Assembly: GCA_038884575.1 (NCBI GenBank)
Contig: JAWABQ010000003.1
Span: 1-61,217 of the forward strand
Origin: Candidatus Woesearchaeota archaeon
GTDB lineage: Archaea; Nanobdellota; Nanobdellia; Woesearchaeales; ARS49
Reading direction: 5' to 3'
DNA: 61,217 bases
The position numbers and the translations under genes are program-made. Numbering within the stretch: position 1 is the first letter of the stretch; each line of letters opens with the position of its first letter. Below, piece by piece: positions 7,771 to 15,696 of the stretch. The notes beneath the pieces were generated by a model. That model made no database searches. It worked only from the letters and a program-made list of their open reading frames with translations, and had not been told where the DNA came from.

Positions 7771-9260
7771 AACTTAGAGTTAAGGACATGGATATTGCTA
7801 CTGGCGATGTCCAGGTTGTAATCCTGAACGAAAAGGATGCGGAAATGCTTGACCTGCACCACAATGACCGCATTTTCTTGAGAAAAGGCAGGCGCCACAC
7901 AATCGCAGTGCTTGATATTGCTGAAAGCGAAAAGGCAGTACCGCCTGGCTCAATAGGGTGCTTTGAAGAGGTCCTTGATGCTGTTTATGCCAAGGATGGC
8001 GACATTGTCAAGATTGCGCTTGCAAGAAAGCCAAAGAGCATAGGATACATCAGGAAAAAGCTTGACGGCAAGGAGCTCTCGTATGGTGAAATTTACGAAA
8101 TAATAAGGGATATTGGAAGGAACAAGCTCACTGACATTGAGCTCGCGAGCTATGTGACTGCCAATTACACGATAGGCATGAGTGATCCTGAAATCCTCAA
8201 CCTCACAAGGGCAATGGCTTTGACAGGCACCCAGCTGAAAGTGAGGAAAAAGCCTGTTGTTGACATCCACTGCATTGGAGGCGTGCCTGGCAACAGGACA
8301 ACAATGATAGTTGTGCCGATACTCATTGCCGCAGGGCTTACTGTCCCGAAGACAAGCTCGCGCGCAATAACCTCGCCTTCAGGCACGGCTGACACGATGG
8401 AGGTGCTGTGCCCTGTTGCGCTGCCCATATCAAGGCTTTACAGGATTCTTGACCAGGTCGGCGGATTTATTATCTGGGGCGGCTCTGTCAACCTTGCGCC
8501 TGCAGATGACAGGATAATCAAGGTTGAGCATCCTTTAAGCATTGATGCAGAAGGACAGATGCTTGCATCCATAATGGCAAAGAAGGCAAGCGTCAGCGCA
8601 ACCCACCTTCTTATGGACATTCCTGTCGGCAAAGGGGCAAAGATTGAAAACAGGAAGCAGGCTGTGCATTTGCAGGGCCACTTTGAGCGGCTTGGCAAGG
8701 CGCTTGGGATAAATGTGTTGACGATGATAACCAATGGCGCTGAGCCGATAGGAAACGGCATAGGCCCTGTGCTGGAGGCAAGGGACTGCCTTTGGGTGCT
8801 TAGGAATGATTCGAGGGCGCCCATTGACTTGAGGCAGAAGAGCCTTGAGATGGCTGCAACCGCCCTTGAGTTTGCAGGCGCTGCAGGAAAAGGTGAGGGG
8901 ATGCGGGTTGCGGCAGAAATCCTGAACAGCGGAAAGGCATACGGCAAATTCATGGAGATTGTGCGGGCGCAGGGTGGAAAGGACATTGACCCTGAAAGCC
9001 TGAAGACCTGCCCATTGCAGTACACGTATGTCGCGCCAAAAACAGGGACAGTGCAGGTGCTTGACAACATCTCAATTTCCCGCATTGCAAGGATGGCTGG
9101 CGCGCCAAAAGACCCTGATTCAGGCATATTGCTGCACCACCACTGCAATGATCATGTCAAAAAAGGGGAGCCGATAATGACGATTTATTCCCACACAAAA
9201 GAAAAGCTCGGTTATGCCATGGACTTGTTGAAAGAGCTTGACGGCATTATTGTCCAGTAG
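7767..9260 (+). CDS. deoA: AMP phosphorylase (archaeal thymidine-phosphorylase family, long N-terminal domain)
   Basis: The protein is 497 aa. The N-terminus MKLRVKDMDIATGDVQVVILNEKDAEMLDL is typical of archaeal AMP phosphorylases, and it has glycosyl-transferase family 3 core motifs (HCIGGVPGNRTT, TSSRAITSPSGTADTME). Confidence 0.85.
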   Translation: MKLRVKDMDIATGDVQVVILNEKDAEMLDLHHNDRIFLRKGRRHTIAVLDIAESEKAVPPGSIGCFEEVLDAVYAKDGDIVKIALARKPKSIGYIRKKLDGKELSYGEIYEIIRDIGRNKLTDIELASYVTANYTIGMSDPEILNLTRAMALTGTQLKVRKKPVVDIHCIGGVPGNRTTMIVVPILIAAGLTVPKTSSRAITSPSGTADTMEVLCPVALPISRLYRILDQVGGFIIWGGSVNLAPADDRIIKVEHPLSIDAEGQMLASIMAKKASVSATHLLMDIPVGKGAKIENRKQAVHLQGHFERLGKALGINVLTMITNGAEPIGNGIGPVLEARDCLWVLRNDSRAPIDLRQKSLEMAATALEFAGAAGKGEGMRVAAEILNSGKAYGKFMEIVRAQGGKDIDPESLKTCPLQYTYVAPKTGTVQVLDNISISRIARMAGAPKDPDSGILLHHHCNDHVKKGEPIMTIYSHTKEKLGYAMDLLKELDGIIVQ

Positions 9261-9876
9261 CCCTGTGCTCCCTCTTGTGCTGCTGGTGCGCTTCAACGAG
9301 CACCCTGTGCGACGTGTAAAACCTTCCTTTCAGCATTCTCAGAAGCCTTTGCAAGGGCCTTATTGTCCTGTTGAAAAGGCCTGCCTCCCTTGCAAGCCTT
9401 GCCTCCTTTCCAAGCTCCTCTGCCTCCCTCAGCATTCTTGCCTGCTTTGCAAGCTCCTCTGCCTCCTGTATTGTCTTTGCCTCCCTGAGAAGCACTGCCT
9501 CGTGCGCAATCTTCTGGCCGCTTTCGGCAATCTCCTCCCCTATCCTGAAGAATGCGGCAACCTCTGAGTATGCCCTGAACGCAAGGTAAAAGGGGAACAC
9601 TGCCACCATGTCAAGCCAGTACAGCCTGAAAAACCTCCTTATGTTCCTTGTCTTGAACCATTTGAAAACAAGGTCTGCGACAAAAAAGAACACTATTACG
9701 CCGTCAAAAATCCCAATCCACGGCTCGTATTCGCTCAGGTGGACAAGGGTCCATAGCGGGTTTTCGAGGACAAGCGCGACGGCAAGCAGGACAACAAGCA
9801 CAGGAATGATATGGTCTGTGAAATGCTCAAACTCGCGGTAAGCGATTAGCCAGATGCTTGTTGCCTCTTTTTCCAT
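9247..9876 (-). CDS. Membrane protein with an ion-transport (voltage-sensor-like) N-terminal region and a charged coiled-coil insert; no pore domain
   Basis: It has three hydrophobic helices with the ion_trans-like string FFRLYWLDMVAVFPFYL, then EAEELAKQARMLREAEELGKEARLAREA, then the Arg-periodic RTIRPLQRLLRMLKGR. The start is placed at ATG 9876 (TATA cttttatacc about 26 nt upstream); the ORF track starts at TTG 9894. Confidence 0.4.
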   Translation of the reverse strand: MEKEATSIWLIAYREFEHFTDHIIPVLVVLLAVALVLENPLWTLVHLSEYEPWIGIFDGVIVFFFVADLVFKWFKTRNIRRFFRLYWLDMVAVFPFYLAFRAYSEVAAFFRIGEEIAESGQKIAHEAVLLREAKTIQEAEELAKQARMLREAEELGKEARLAREAGLFNRTIRPLQRLLRMLKGRFYTSHRVLVEAHQQHKREHRATGQ

Positions 9877-9955
9877 TGCTGCCTGCATAATCAAACAGGT
9901 ATAAAAGGGTTGCTAAGGGTGAAGCTTTAAAATACAAGGCAGGTTATGTTCCTGC

Positions 9956-10420
9956 ATGGAAGACAAGGAATTTCTGGAATTTGACGAGGAGGACAGGCAG
10001 GGGCATTTGTGGTGGGTGAAGCCTGCGCTTGAGAAGATAATTGCTCGCGACAGGGAGCTCATACTCAAGCTTGCCCAGGATATAATGGCAGAGCATGCCA
10101 GGCAGGCAGAGGGCGCTGAGCCAGGCAAAATCCGCTCAGAGGATGACTGCATAGGTGATGCGATTGAGTTCTACATAAAACAGCACAGGACGCTTGACCC
10201 GAAGAAGGAGATTGAAATCCAGAAATTTGAAATCGGGCGGGAAAAATACTTCCGCGAACTGAGGGGCGAGCATCCGTCAGATGATGAGGTCACAAAGACA
10301 TGGGCGCAGCTTTATGCTGCAGGATGGCGGTCGCACAACACGAAAAGGGGGCTGTATGTTTTCAGGAAGGAAAAGCAGCATTATGTCGGCCTGGTGAAGG
10401 CGCCTCAGCAGCCCCAGTAA
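9956..10420 (+). CDS. Hypothetical protein, tandem paralogue A
   Basis: A clean ORF with TATA gctttaaaatac about 26 nt upstream. It shares W-x-KP-x-x-EKI, DD-C, F/Y-IK-x-H/K-x-T-x-DP-x-x-EI and W-R-x-HN blocks with the next gene. Confidence 0.6.
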   Translation: MEDKEFLEFDEEDRQGHLWWVKPALEKIIARDRELILKLAQDIMAEHARQAEGAEPGKIRSEDDCIGDAIEFYIKQHRTLDPKKEIEIQKFEIGREKYFRELRGEHPSDDEVTKTWAQLYAAGWRSHNTKRGLYVFRKEKQHYVGLVKAPQQPQ

Positions 10421-10484
10421 TGCCTCCTGTTGCGGTGGCTGCCACTATCAAGATTTATATTCGGAAATTCCCTGCGTCCTTGTG

Positions 10485-10940
10485 ATGACAACCAAGGAGA
10501 TTGGGGAACTTGAGAGGGAATACAAGGCAGGCGACATGGAATGGATCAGGAAGCCGCTTGCCGAGAAAATACAGAAATATTCAGAAATGATTCTTGGCGA
10601 GGCAGCAAAACTGAAAAAGAAGCACCCCTCGCTGAACGATGACACGTGCCTTGAGATTGCAGTAAACCACTTCTTCATAAAACACAAGACAGTGGACCCT
10701 GCACAAGAAATAAAACACCAAGTGGAAGAAATCAAGCTGGAAATCTATTACCGCCAGACAGACGCAGGGAGGGAACTCGACCACGAGGAAATAATCAAGC
10801 AATGGAGACTCTGGCATTCTGAATTCTGGAGGGACCACAACATAATGAGGATAATCTATTTCTTTGAGCAGAACAAGCAGGTATACCTTGACATCCTGAG
10901 GCAGGTAAAAGCCCGGCAGGCTGATCCAAAATCAATGTAA
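10485..10940 (+). CDS. Hypothetical protein, tandem paralogue B
   Basis: It shows the same block pattern as 9956..10420. The TATA tttatatt (10454-10461) is about 26 nt upstream of ATG 10485. Confidence 0.6.
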   Translation: MTTKEIGELEREYKAGDMEWIRKPLAEKIQKYSEMILGEAAKLKKKHPSLNDDTCLEIAVNHFFIKHKTVDPAQEIKHQVEEIKLEIYYRQTDAGRELDHEEIIKQWRLWHSEFWRDHNIMRIIYFFEQNKQVYLDILRQVKARQADPKSM

Positions 10941-12209
10941 TATTCTTTGAAGAAGCCCTGAGAAATAAGCAGCAGCGCCTGCAGCGGCAATGGTGCAGAG
11001 TATTCCCGCAGCAACCATCCTTGCGCGCCTGTTGTGGGTGTAATTGCTGTATTTTGCAGGGGTGAATACTGTGTCAACAAGCCCTGCAGGGGCGTATTTT
11101 GGCAGTTTTCCTGCCTCGACCCTGTCAATGTCCTGCAGTATCTCGGAATAGTCCTGATATCTCTTGTGCGGCTTGTTCTGCATCATCCTCGCGATTATGC
11201 GCTCAATGCCCTCAAGAACCATGTCCTGCTCGTTTGCAATTCCTTTGATCTTGTACTGCCTGTCGCGGGCAATTGAGACGAGTATTTCGCGCGGAGGCAC
11301 TTTTTCGCCATTTAATCCCAAAGGAAGACTGTCAGTGATTAATTCGTAAAATGTTGCGCCTGCACTGAATTGATCGCTTAACCATGTTGCATCCTTGCTG
11401 TTCCTTGCCTGCTCAGGGCTCATGTAAGGCGCAGTGCCTATTATGTTGCCCTCCATTGTTGTCCTTGTAAGCTCCACGTTCTCTGGGCGCATTATGCCAT
11501 AATCAGCGATCTTTACATTGGTGCGCTTTTTAACGAACAAGTTGCCTGGCTTTATGTCGCGGTGCACAATGCCCAGGTCGCGCAGGCGCTTTAGGCCCCT
11601 GATTACCTGCTCCATCACTTTAAGATGGGTTCTTGGCTCCCACCCCCTTGTCTTTTCAGGATTAAGCGAGCCGTCAAACAATTCCACAATCATGTATCCC
11701 TGCCCGCTTGTCTCAACAAGCCCTGCAGCAAAGTGATAAGTGAGGTTGGGATGATAAAGCCCGAGAATAAAACCCTCCCTGCTGCTGCGCCAGTTCATGT
11801 CCTGAGGAAGTTTTGACACGCTAACTGCAATGGCGCGGTTGCCGTTGATGAGCTCGTTTTCCTCAAAGAAATCCCTGACTTCCTTTTCAAGCCCGCTTTT
11901 TGACATCTCGCCGGCTTCCTGCTCTGCCGCTTTTCTTGCTTCCTCCCAGTCCTCAAGGCTTGTCCCCTTGAGGTTCCTGTGGGTCCTCATTGGCACATAA
12001 AGCGCGCGGTAAGCATCAGCGTCAAGGCAGGAATACGTAAGCTGTCCCCTGAAAGCAATCCTCTGGCTTCCAATACCGATAGGCTCACTATCAACAATGG
12101 TGATTGCCTTGCCAATAGGGTCTTTTGTTGCAAGAGAGCCGTCCCTCCTGCAGATGTTCTTCAGCGTTGTCTTTGCAAACTTGCTGTCGCTGTCCATGAA
12201 GAACACCAC
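10932..12209 (-). CDS. Hanks-type Ser/Thr protein kinase with a C-terminal transmembrane anchor
   Basis: It carries HRDIKPGNLF (catalytic loop), KIADYG (DFG-equivalent), GTAPYMSPE (APE), and a C-terminal hydrophobic helix MVAAGILCTIAAAGAAAYFSGLL. The N-lobe is atypical, with a long insert. Confidence 0.8.
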   Translation of the reverse strand: MVFFMDSDSKFAKTTLKNICRRDGSLATKDPIGKAITIVDSEPIGIGSQRIAFRGQLTYSCLDADAYRALYVPMRTHRNLKGTSLEDWEEARKAAEQEAGEMSKSGLEKEVRDFFEENELINGNRAIAVSVSKLPQDMNWRSSREGFILGLYHPNLTYHFAAGLVETSGQGYMIVELFDGSLNPEKTRGWEPRTHLKVMEQVIRGLKRLRDLGIVHRDIKPGNLFVKKRTNVKIADYGIMRPENVELTRTTMEGNIIGTAPYMSPEQARNSKDATWLSDQFSAGATFYELITDSLPLGLNGEKVPPREILVSIARDRQYKIKGIANEQDMVLEGIERIIARMMQNKPHKRYQDYSEILQDIDRVEAGKLPKYAPAGLVDTVFTPAKYSNYTHNRRARMVAAGILCTIAAAGAAAYFSGLLQRILH

Positions 12210-12290
12210 AAGAAAGCGGTTTATAAAGCTTCAGAACTTGGTCAGGCTGGGGGAATATATTAATAAAGAGGCATTTGCTTGTTCTTTTAT

Positions 12291-13340
12291 ATGCGCGGCG
12301 AATTTGGAAATTCAGTGTTTGAGCTGGTTTATTCGCTTTTTATGCTGGCATTTGGCATGGGCATGATATTTGTGTTTCTCGCGGTTATGGCATTTTTTTT
12401 GTTTGTGTTTGGATACCTGTTCTTGTTGTTTTTCTTCCCGATTTTCCTCGGCATTTTTATCGGGCTTTTTCATCAAAGGAAGGATTCTTTTAAGACTGTT
12501 ATTTCCGAAAAGGACAGCAAAAAGCTTGCCCGCATCATTGACAGGATTGCGAAAAAGACGGGCTTGAAGAAGCCGCACAAAATTGTCATAACAGAGGGCA
12601 CCGATGTGGCTGTAACAGGCTTTTTCACGAAAACGCTGATAATAGGCCTTGTCGCATTGAAGTTTATGGATGAAAATGACCTTTTTGCCATATTCGCACA
12701 CGAATATGGCCACTTTGCGCACAAAGACACCATCTTTGGCTATTTGATCTACAGGATACAGAATTTTCTTGAGATCCAGAGGGAGATAAATGCGCAGAAT
12801 ATCGGGCTGAGCTTTACCATCCTTATTTATCTGCCGACATGGATTGTGTTCTACCTGCTGTCAAGGTATTATGCGGTTATCGGGCTGTGGTACCGCAGGC
12901 GCGTTGAGCACAGGGCAGATGCATTCGCGGCAAGGATAACAGGTCGCAAAGAGTTTGCAAATTCGCTTGTCAAATACGCAGTGGTGGCTGATATTTTCGA
13001 CAACATAGTCCCGCAGCACATCGCGCATCATCTTCAGAAAGGCAGGAGGATAATCAATATTTACGATTATGTGCGTCCGTTGTACTGCCAAAAAATCATT
13101 GATGTGGGTGTTGACAAGGTGCTTTCGCAAAAAAGCTCTTGGTGGCACACGCACCCGAGCATAAGTGAAAGGCTGGAATTTTTGGGTGTTGACAGTGTTG
13201 AAATTGGCGTCAGGGAAAACCCAAGTCCTATGCTCTCCAACCAGGCGAAGTACGAAAAAGATGCCAGCCTGTTGTGGGCGCACAAAATTGCGTGCTGGAT
13301 GCAGTATGTTGCTGCAATGCAGAGGTCGCAGGCAGAATGA
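12291..13340 (+). CDS. M48-family (HtpX/Ste24-like) membrane zinc metalloprotease
   Basis: It has N-terminal TM helices and the HExxH motif in FAIFAHEYGHFAHKD. ATG 12291 is preferred because the TATA gaatatattaataaa lies about 26 nt upstream. Confidence 0.7.
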   Translation: MRGEFGNSVFELVYSLFMLAFGMGMIFVFLAVMAFFLFVFGYLFLLFFFPIFLGIFIGLFHQRKDSFKTVISEKDSKKLARIIDRIAKKTGLKKPHKIVITEGTDVAVTGFFTKTLIIGLVALKFMDENDLFAIFAHEYGHFAHKDTIFGYLIYRIQNFLEIQREINAQNIGLSFTILIYLPTWIVFYLLSRYYAVIGLWYRRRVEHRADAFAARITGRKEFANSLVKYAVVADIFDNIVPQHIAHHLQKGRRIINIYDYVRPLYCQKIIDVGVDKVLSQKSSWWHTHPSISERLEFLGVDSVEIGVRENPSPMLSNQAKYEKDASLLWAHKIACWMQYVAAMQRSQAE

Positions 13341-13687
13341 AGAAATACCAGGTTTCAAAATATTTCAAGGGCAATAAGAGAATCACAAAGCTGCAGGGGG
13401 TTGCCTTTATGTTTGCAGGATTTGTGATTTTTGTTTTCGTGATATCTGCCTTATTCCTGTTTTTGGTGAATTTAGGCCATGTCGGCAAGGCTTTGAAGGG
13501 CGGTTCTGATGCCTCATCCATTGAGAAGCAAATCCGCGGATACTGCGTTTCAGAATGCACAAAGTATTTGGGGCCGTTTTTCCAGAGCACTGTGACAAAG
13601 GAAAGTGAGACGATCTATTATTGCAGGTGCTATGACCCCCAGACTGGAAAGAGAATAGAGCGGCAATACAGGATTTCTAAAAAGTAG
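13337..13687 (+). CDS. Small membrane protein with a Cys-containing C-terminal domain
   Basis: Its ATG overlaps the stop of the M48 gene (ATGA). It has one TM helix (VAFMFAGFVIFVFVISALFLFLV) and C-terminal Cys residues (YCVSEC ... YYCRCYD). Confidence 0.5.
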   Translation: MKKYQVSKYFKGNKRITKLQGVAFMFAGFVIFVFVISALFLFLVNLGHVGKALKGGSDASSIEKQIRGYCVSECTKYLGPFFQSTVTKESETIYYCRCYDPQTGKRIERQYRISKK

Positions 13688-13714
13688 CAGCATTTAACCT
13701 GCTTTGCTTTGCTA

Positions 13715-13797
13715 CGCCGGCGCTCGGATTTGAACCGAGAATTCCTTGCGGAACCCGCTCTCAAGGCGGGCGCACTACCGGATTATGCGACGCCGGC
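13715..13797 (-). tRNA. tRNA-Ser (anticodon TGA), long variable arm
   Basis: On the minus strand the acceptor stem is GCCGGCG/CGCCGGC with discriminator G and the D stem is GCAT/GTGC. The anticodon stem-loop is CCCGC-CTTGAGA-GCGGG, the 14-nt variable arm is TTCCGCAAGGAATT, and the T arm is CTCGG-TTCAAAT-CCGAG. Confidence 0.9.
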
Positions 13798-13841
13798 ATT
13801 CACCGTCGTCGCAAGACCTCTTGTTCTGCGGAACTGCGAGG

Positions 13842-13857
13842 TTATGCGACGCCGGCA
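13842..13857 (-). repeat. Exact 16-nt duplicate of the tRNA-Ser 5' end (plus-strand ttatgcgacgccggca), 59 nt upstream of the gene copy at 13783-13798
   Basis: Direct comparison of the two strings. Confidence 0.9.
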
Positions 13858-13950
13858 AAATATACACTAATAAGGTTTTGAAGCGTATAAAAAGCTTGCC
13901 CCTAAAAACAATCCGAAACATTAATATTGGCGTTTTTAGATGCAATCGTC

Positions 13951-14382
13951 ATGCAGGACAGGGTGACAATAAGGGAGGGGAGGCTTTGGCAGTTTCAGTC
14001 GCTGATACCTTATGTGCTCACAAATACTTTTGATGTGCTCGCGCTGTTTTTGAACCCAATAACGTATGTTGCATATCATGGCAAATCAATAGTCTCGTTC
14101 TGCTGCGTAAAGCGCTGGGGAAAAATCACGGAAATAGGCGATGCATACACCATGCGGAAGTTCAGGAGGCACGGTCATTTCAGGGAATTGATGCGTGCAG
14201 TGCTGAAAAAATATCCGCGGGTTTACATACTGACCCACAGCAAGATTATAGGCGCTGCAAAGCGCTATGGGTTCAGGCTTGTCAAAAACCCGCCGCTTCA
14301 CTTCCGCCTGAGGCAGATTCTTGCTTATGCTGTTTTTGGGCTTTTCTGGAGGCCGTGGGCTGTGCTGAAAATGGAGAAGTGA
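13951..14382 (+). CDS. GNAT-family N-acetyltransferase-like protein
   Basis: The acetyl-CoA-binding-like segment is YTMRKFRRHGHFRELMRAVL (R-x-x-G-x-G/A-type motif), followed by AAKRYGF. TATA-like aacattaatatt lies about 26 nt upstream of ATG 13951. Confidence 0.45.
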   Translation: MQDRVTIREGRLWQFQSLIPYVLTNTFDVLALFLNPITYVAYHGKSIVSFCCVKRWGKITEIGDAYTMRKFRRHGHFRELMRAVLKKYPRVYILTHSKIIGAAKRYGFRLVKNPPLHFRLRQILAYAVFGLFWRPWAVLKMEK

Positions 14383-14383
14383 T

Positions 14384-14539
14384 TTACGGCTGCGGCAGCA
14401 TTATGGGAATCCCGTTCTTCACAGGGTATTTTCTGCCGCATTTTGTGCAGATTAGTTCGTCTTTTCCGGCCTTCAGCCCTGCCTTGTCCGTGGGGCAGGC
14501 AAGGATTTCAAGCAACTCCTTTGGAACAACTTCTGCCAT
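14384..14539 (-). CDS. Trm112-like small zinc-ribbon-fold protein (methyltransferase activator family), 51 aa, absent from the ORF track
   Basis: My translation is MAEVVPKELLEILACPTDKAGLKAGKDELICTKCGRKYPVKNGIPIMLPQP. It matches the Trm112/UPF0434 pattern LLxILxCP ... LxC ... C ... YP(I/V)xxGIPxML. Confidence 0.75.
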   Translation of the reverse strand: MAEVVPKELLEILACPTDKAGLKAGKDELICTKCGRKYPVKNGIPIMLPQP

Positions 14540-14632
14540 GCTCCTCTGAAACAACCGCAATGCTTAAAAGGCTTTCGCAAAGAAGTATATTCTGCAGCAA
14601 ATAAATCTTTATAAACCGCCTGCTTGGAGTGG

Positions 14633-14640
14633 TATAAATA
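14633..14640 (+). promoter_or_regulatory. TATA box upstream of tfb (a second TATA-like tttataaa lies at 14608-14615)
   Basis: tataaata is present. The downstream start codon must be GTG 14683 or in-frame TTG 14713, because no in-frame ATG precedes the zinc ribbon. Confidence 0.45.
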
Positions 14641-14682
14641 CATTGTGGTGATAGTTCCTCTACATTAGGGCGTATAGTTCCT

Positions 14683-15639
14683 GTGTGGAGGTATTGTGGG
14701 GGTAGTGCTGGGTTGTATTACATCAAAAAGTGCCCTGAATGCGGAGGAATAAACCTCTTCGTGAACAGGGAAAAAGGGGAGATAATCTGCAAGGACTGCG
14801 GTCTTGTCGTTGAGGACAAGATGGTGGAGTTCGGGCAGGAATGGCGCGAATTTGAGAGCGAGGGCTCTGGCGAGCAAAGGCACAGGCGCACAGGAGCCCC
14901 AATGACTTACACCCAGTATGACCAGGGGCTTGGCACAGAGGTTGGGCAAAAGGCAGACCTTTTCCAGCTCGGCTCAAAGGACAGGAACAAGTTCTTCAGG
15001 CTCAGGAAATGGCAGTACAGGATTTCAACAGCAATAGAAAGAAACCTCAAGCTTGCCCTTGCCGAGTTAAAGAGGGTTTCAAGCTATCTCAAGCTGCCAA
15101 AGTCAGTCGAGGAGGAGGCAGCAATGATTTACACCCAGGCGGTCCAGCGCGGACTGGTCAGGGGAAGAAGCATGGAATCAGTCGTCTCTGGAGCGCTCTA
15201 TGCTGCCTGCAGGCGCCATGAGGTTCCAAGAACACTTGACGAGCTCTCAGAGGCATCAAGCATTGAGAAAAAGGAAATAGGAAGAACATACCGCTTTGTG
15301 ACAAGGGAGCTTGGAATAACAATCCTGCCAAGCAATCCTGCTGACTACATCGCAAGGTTTGCAAGCTCATTGAAGTTATCGCCGGAAACGCAGTCAAAGG
15401 CGGTTGAAATACTTGAAATGGCACAGCACGAGGAGTTAACCTCGGGCAGGGGGCCAACAGGCATTGCTGCAGCGTCATTGTACGTTGCTGCCTTGATGCA
15501 CGGCGAAAAGCGAACGCAAAGAGAGGTTGCTGATGTTGCCGGTGTCACAGAAGTCACAATTCGAAACCGCTACAAGGAGCTTCTTGATGAATTAAAGCTT
15601 GACAAGGAAGTCAAGAAGACAAAGAAAAAGAAGCGGTGA
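14683..15639 (+). CDS. tfb: Transcription initiation factor IIB (TFB)
   Basis: It has an N-terminal zinc ribbon CPECGG ... CKDCG, a B-reader/linker, two cyclin-like repeats, and a C-terminal HTH (QREVADVAGVTEVTIRNRYKEL). The start is uncertain (GTG 14683 or TTG 14713). Confidence 0.95.
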   Translation: MWRYCGGSAGLYYIKKCPECGGINLFVNREKGEIICKDCGLVVEDKMVEFGQEWREFESEGSGEQRHRRTGAPMTYTQYDQGLGTEVGQKADLFQLGSKDRNKFFRLRKWQYRISTAIERNLKLALAELKRVSSYLKLPKSVEEEAAMIYTQAVQRGLVRGRSMESVVSGALYAACRRHEVPRTLDELSEASSIEKKEIGRTYRFVTRELGITILPSNPADYIARFASSLKLSPETQSKAVEILEMAQHEELTSGRGPTGIAAASLYVAALMHGEKRTQREVADVAGVTEVTIRNRYKELLDELKLDKEVKKTKKKKR

Positions 15640-15696
15640 CAGGTTTCTTTAAAAATATCCTTGTTATACTTATTTGCGAGGCATGCAGTGACGCCC

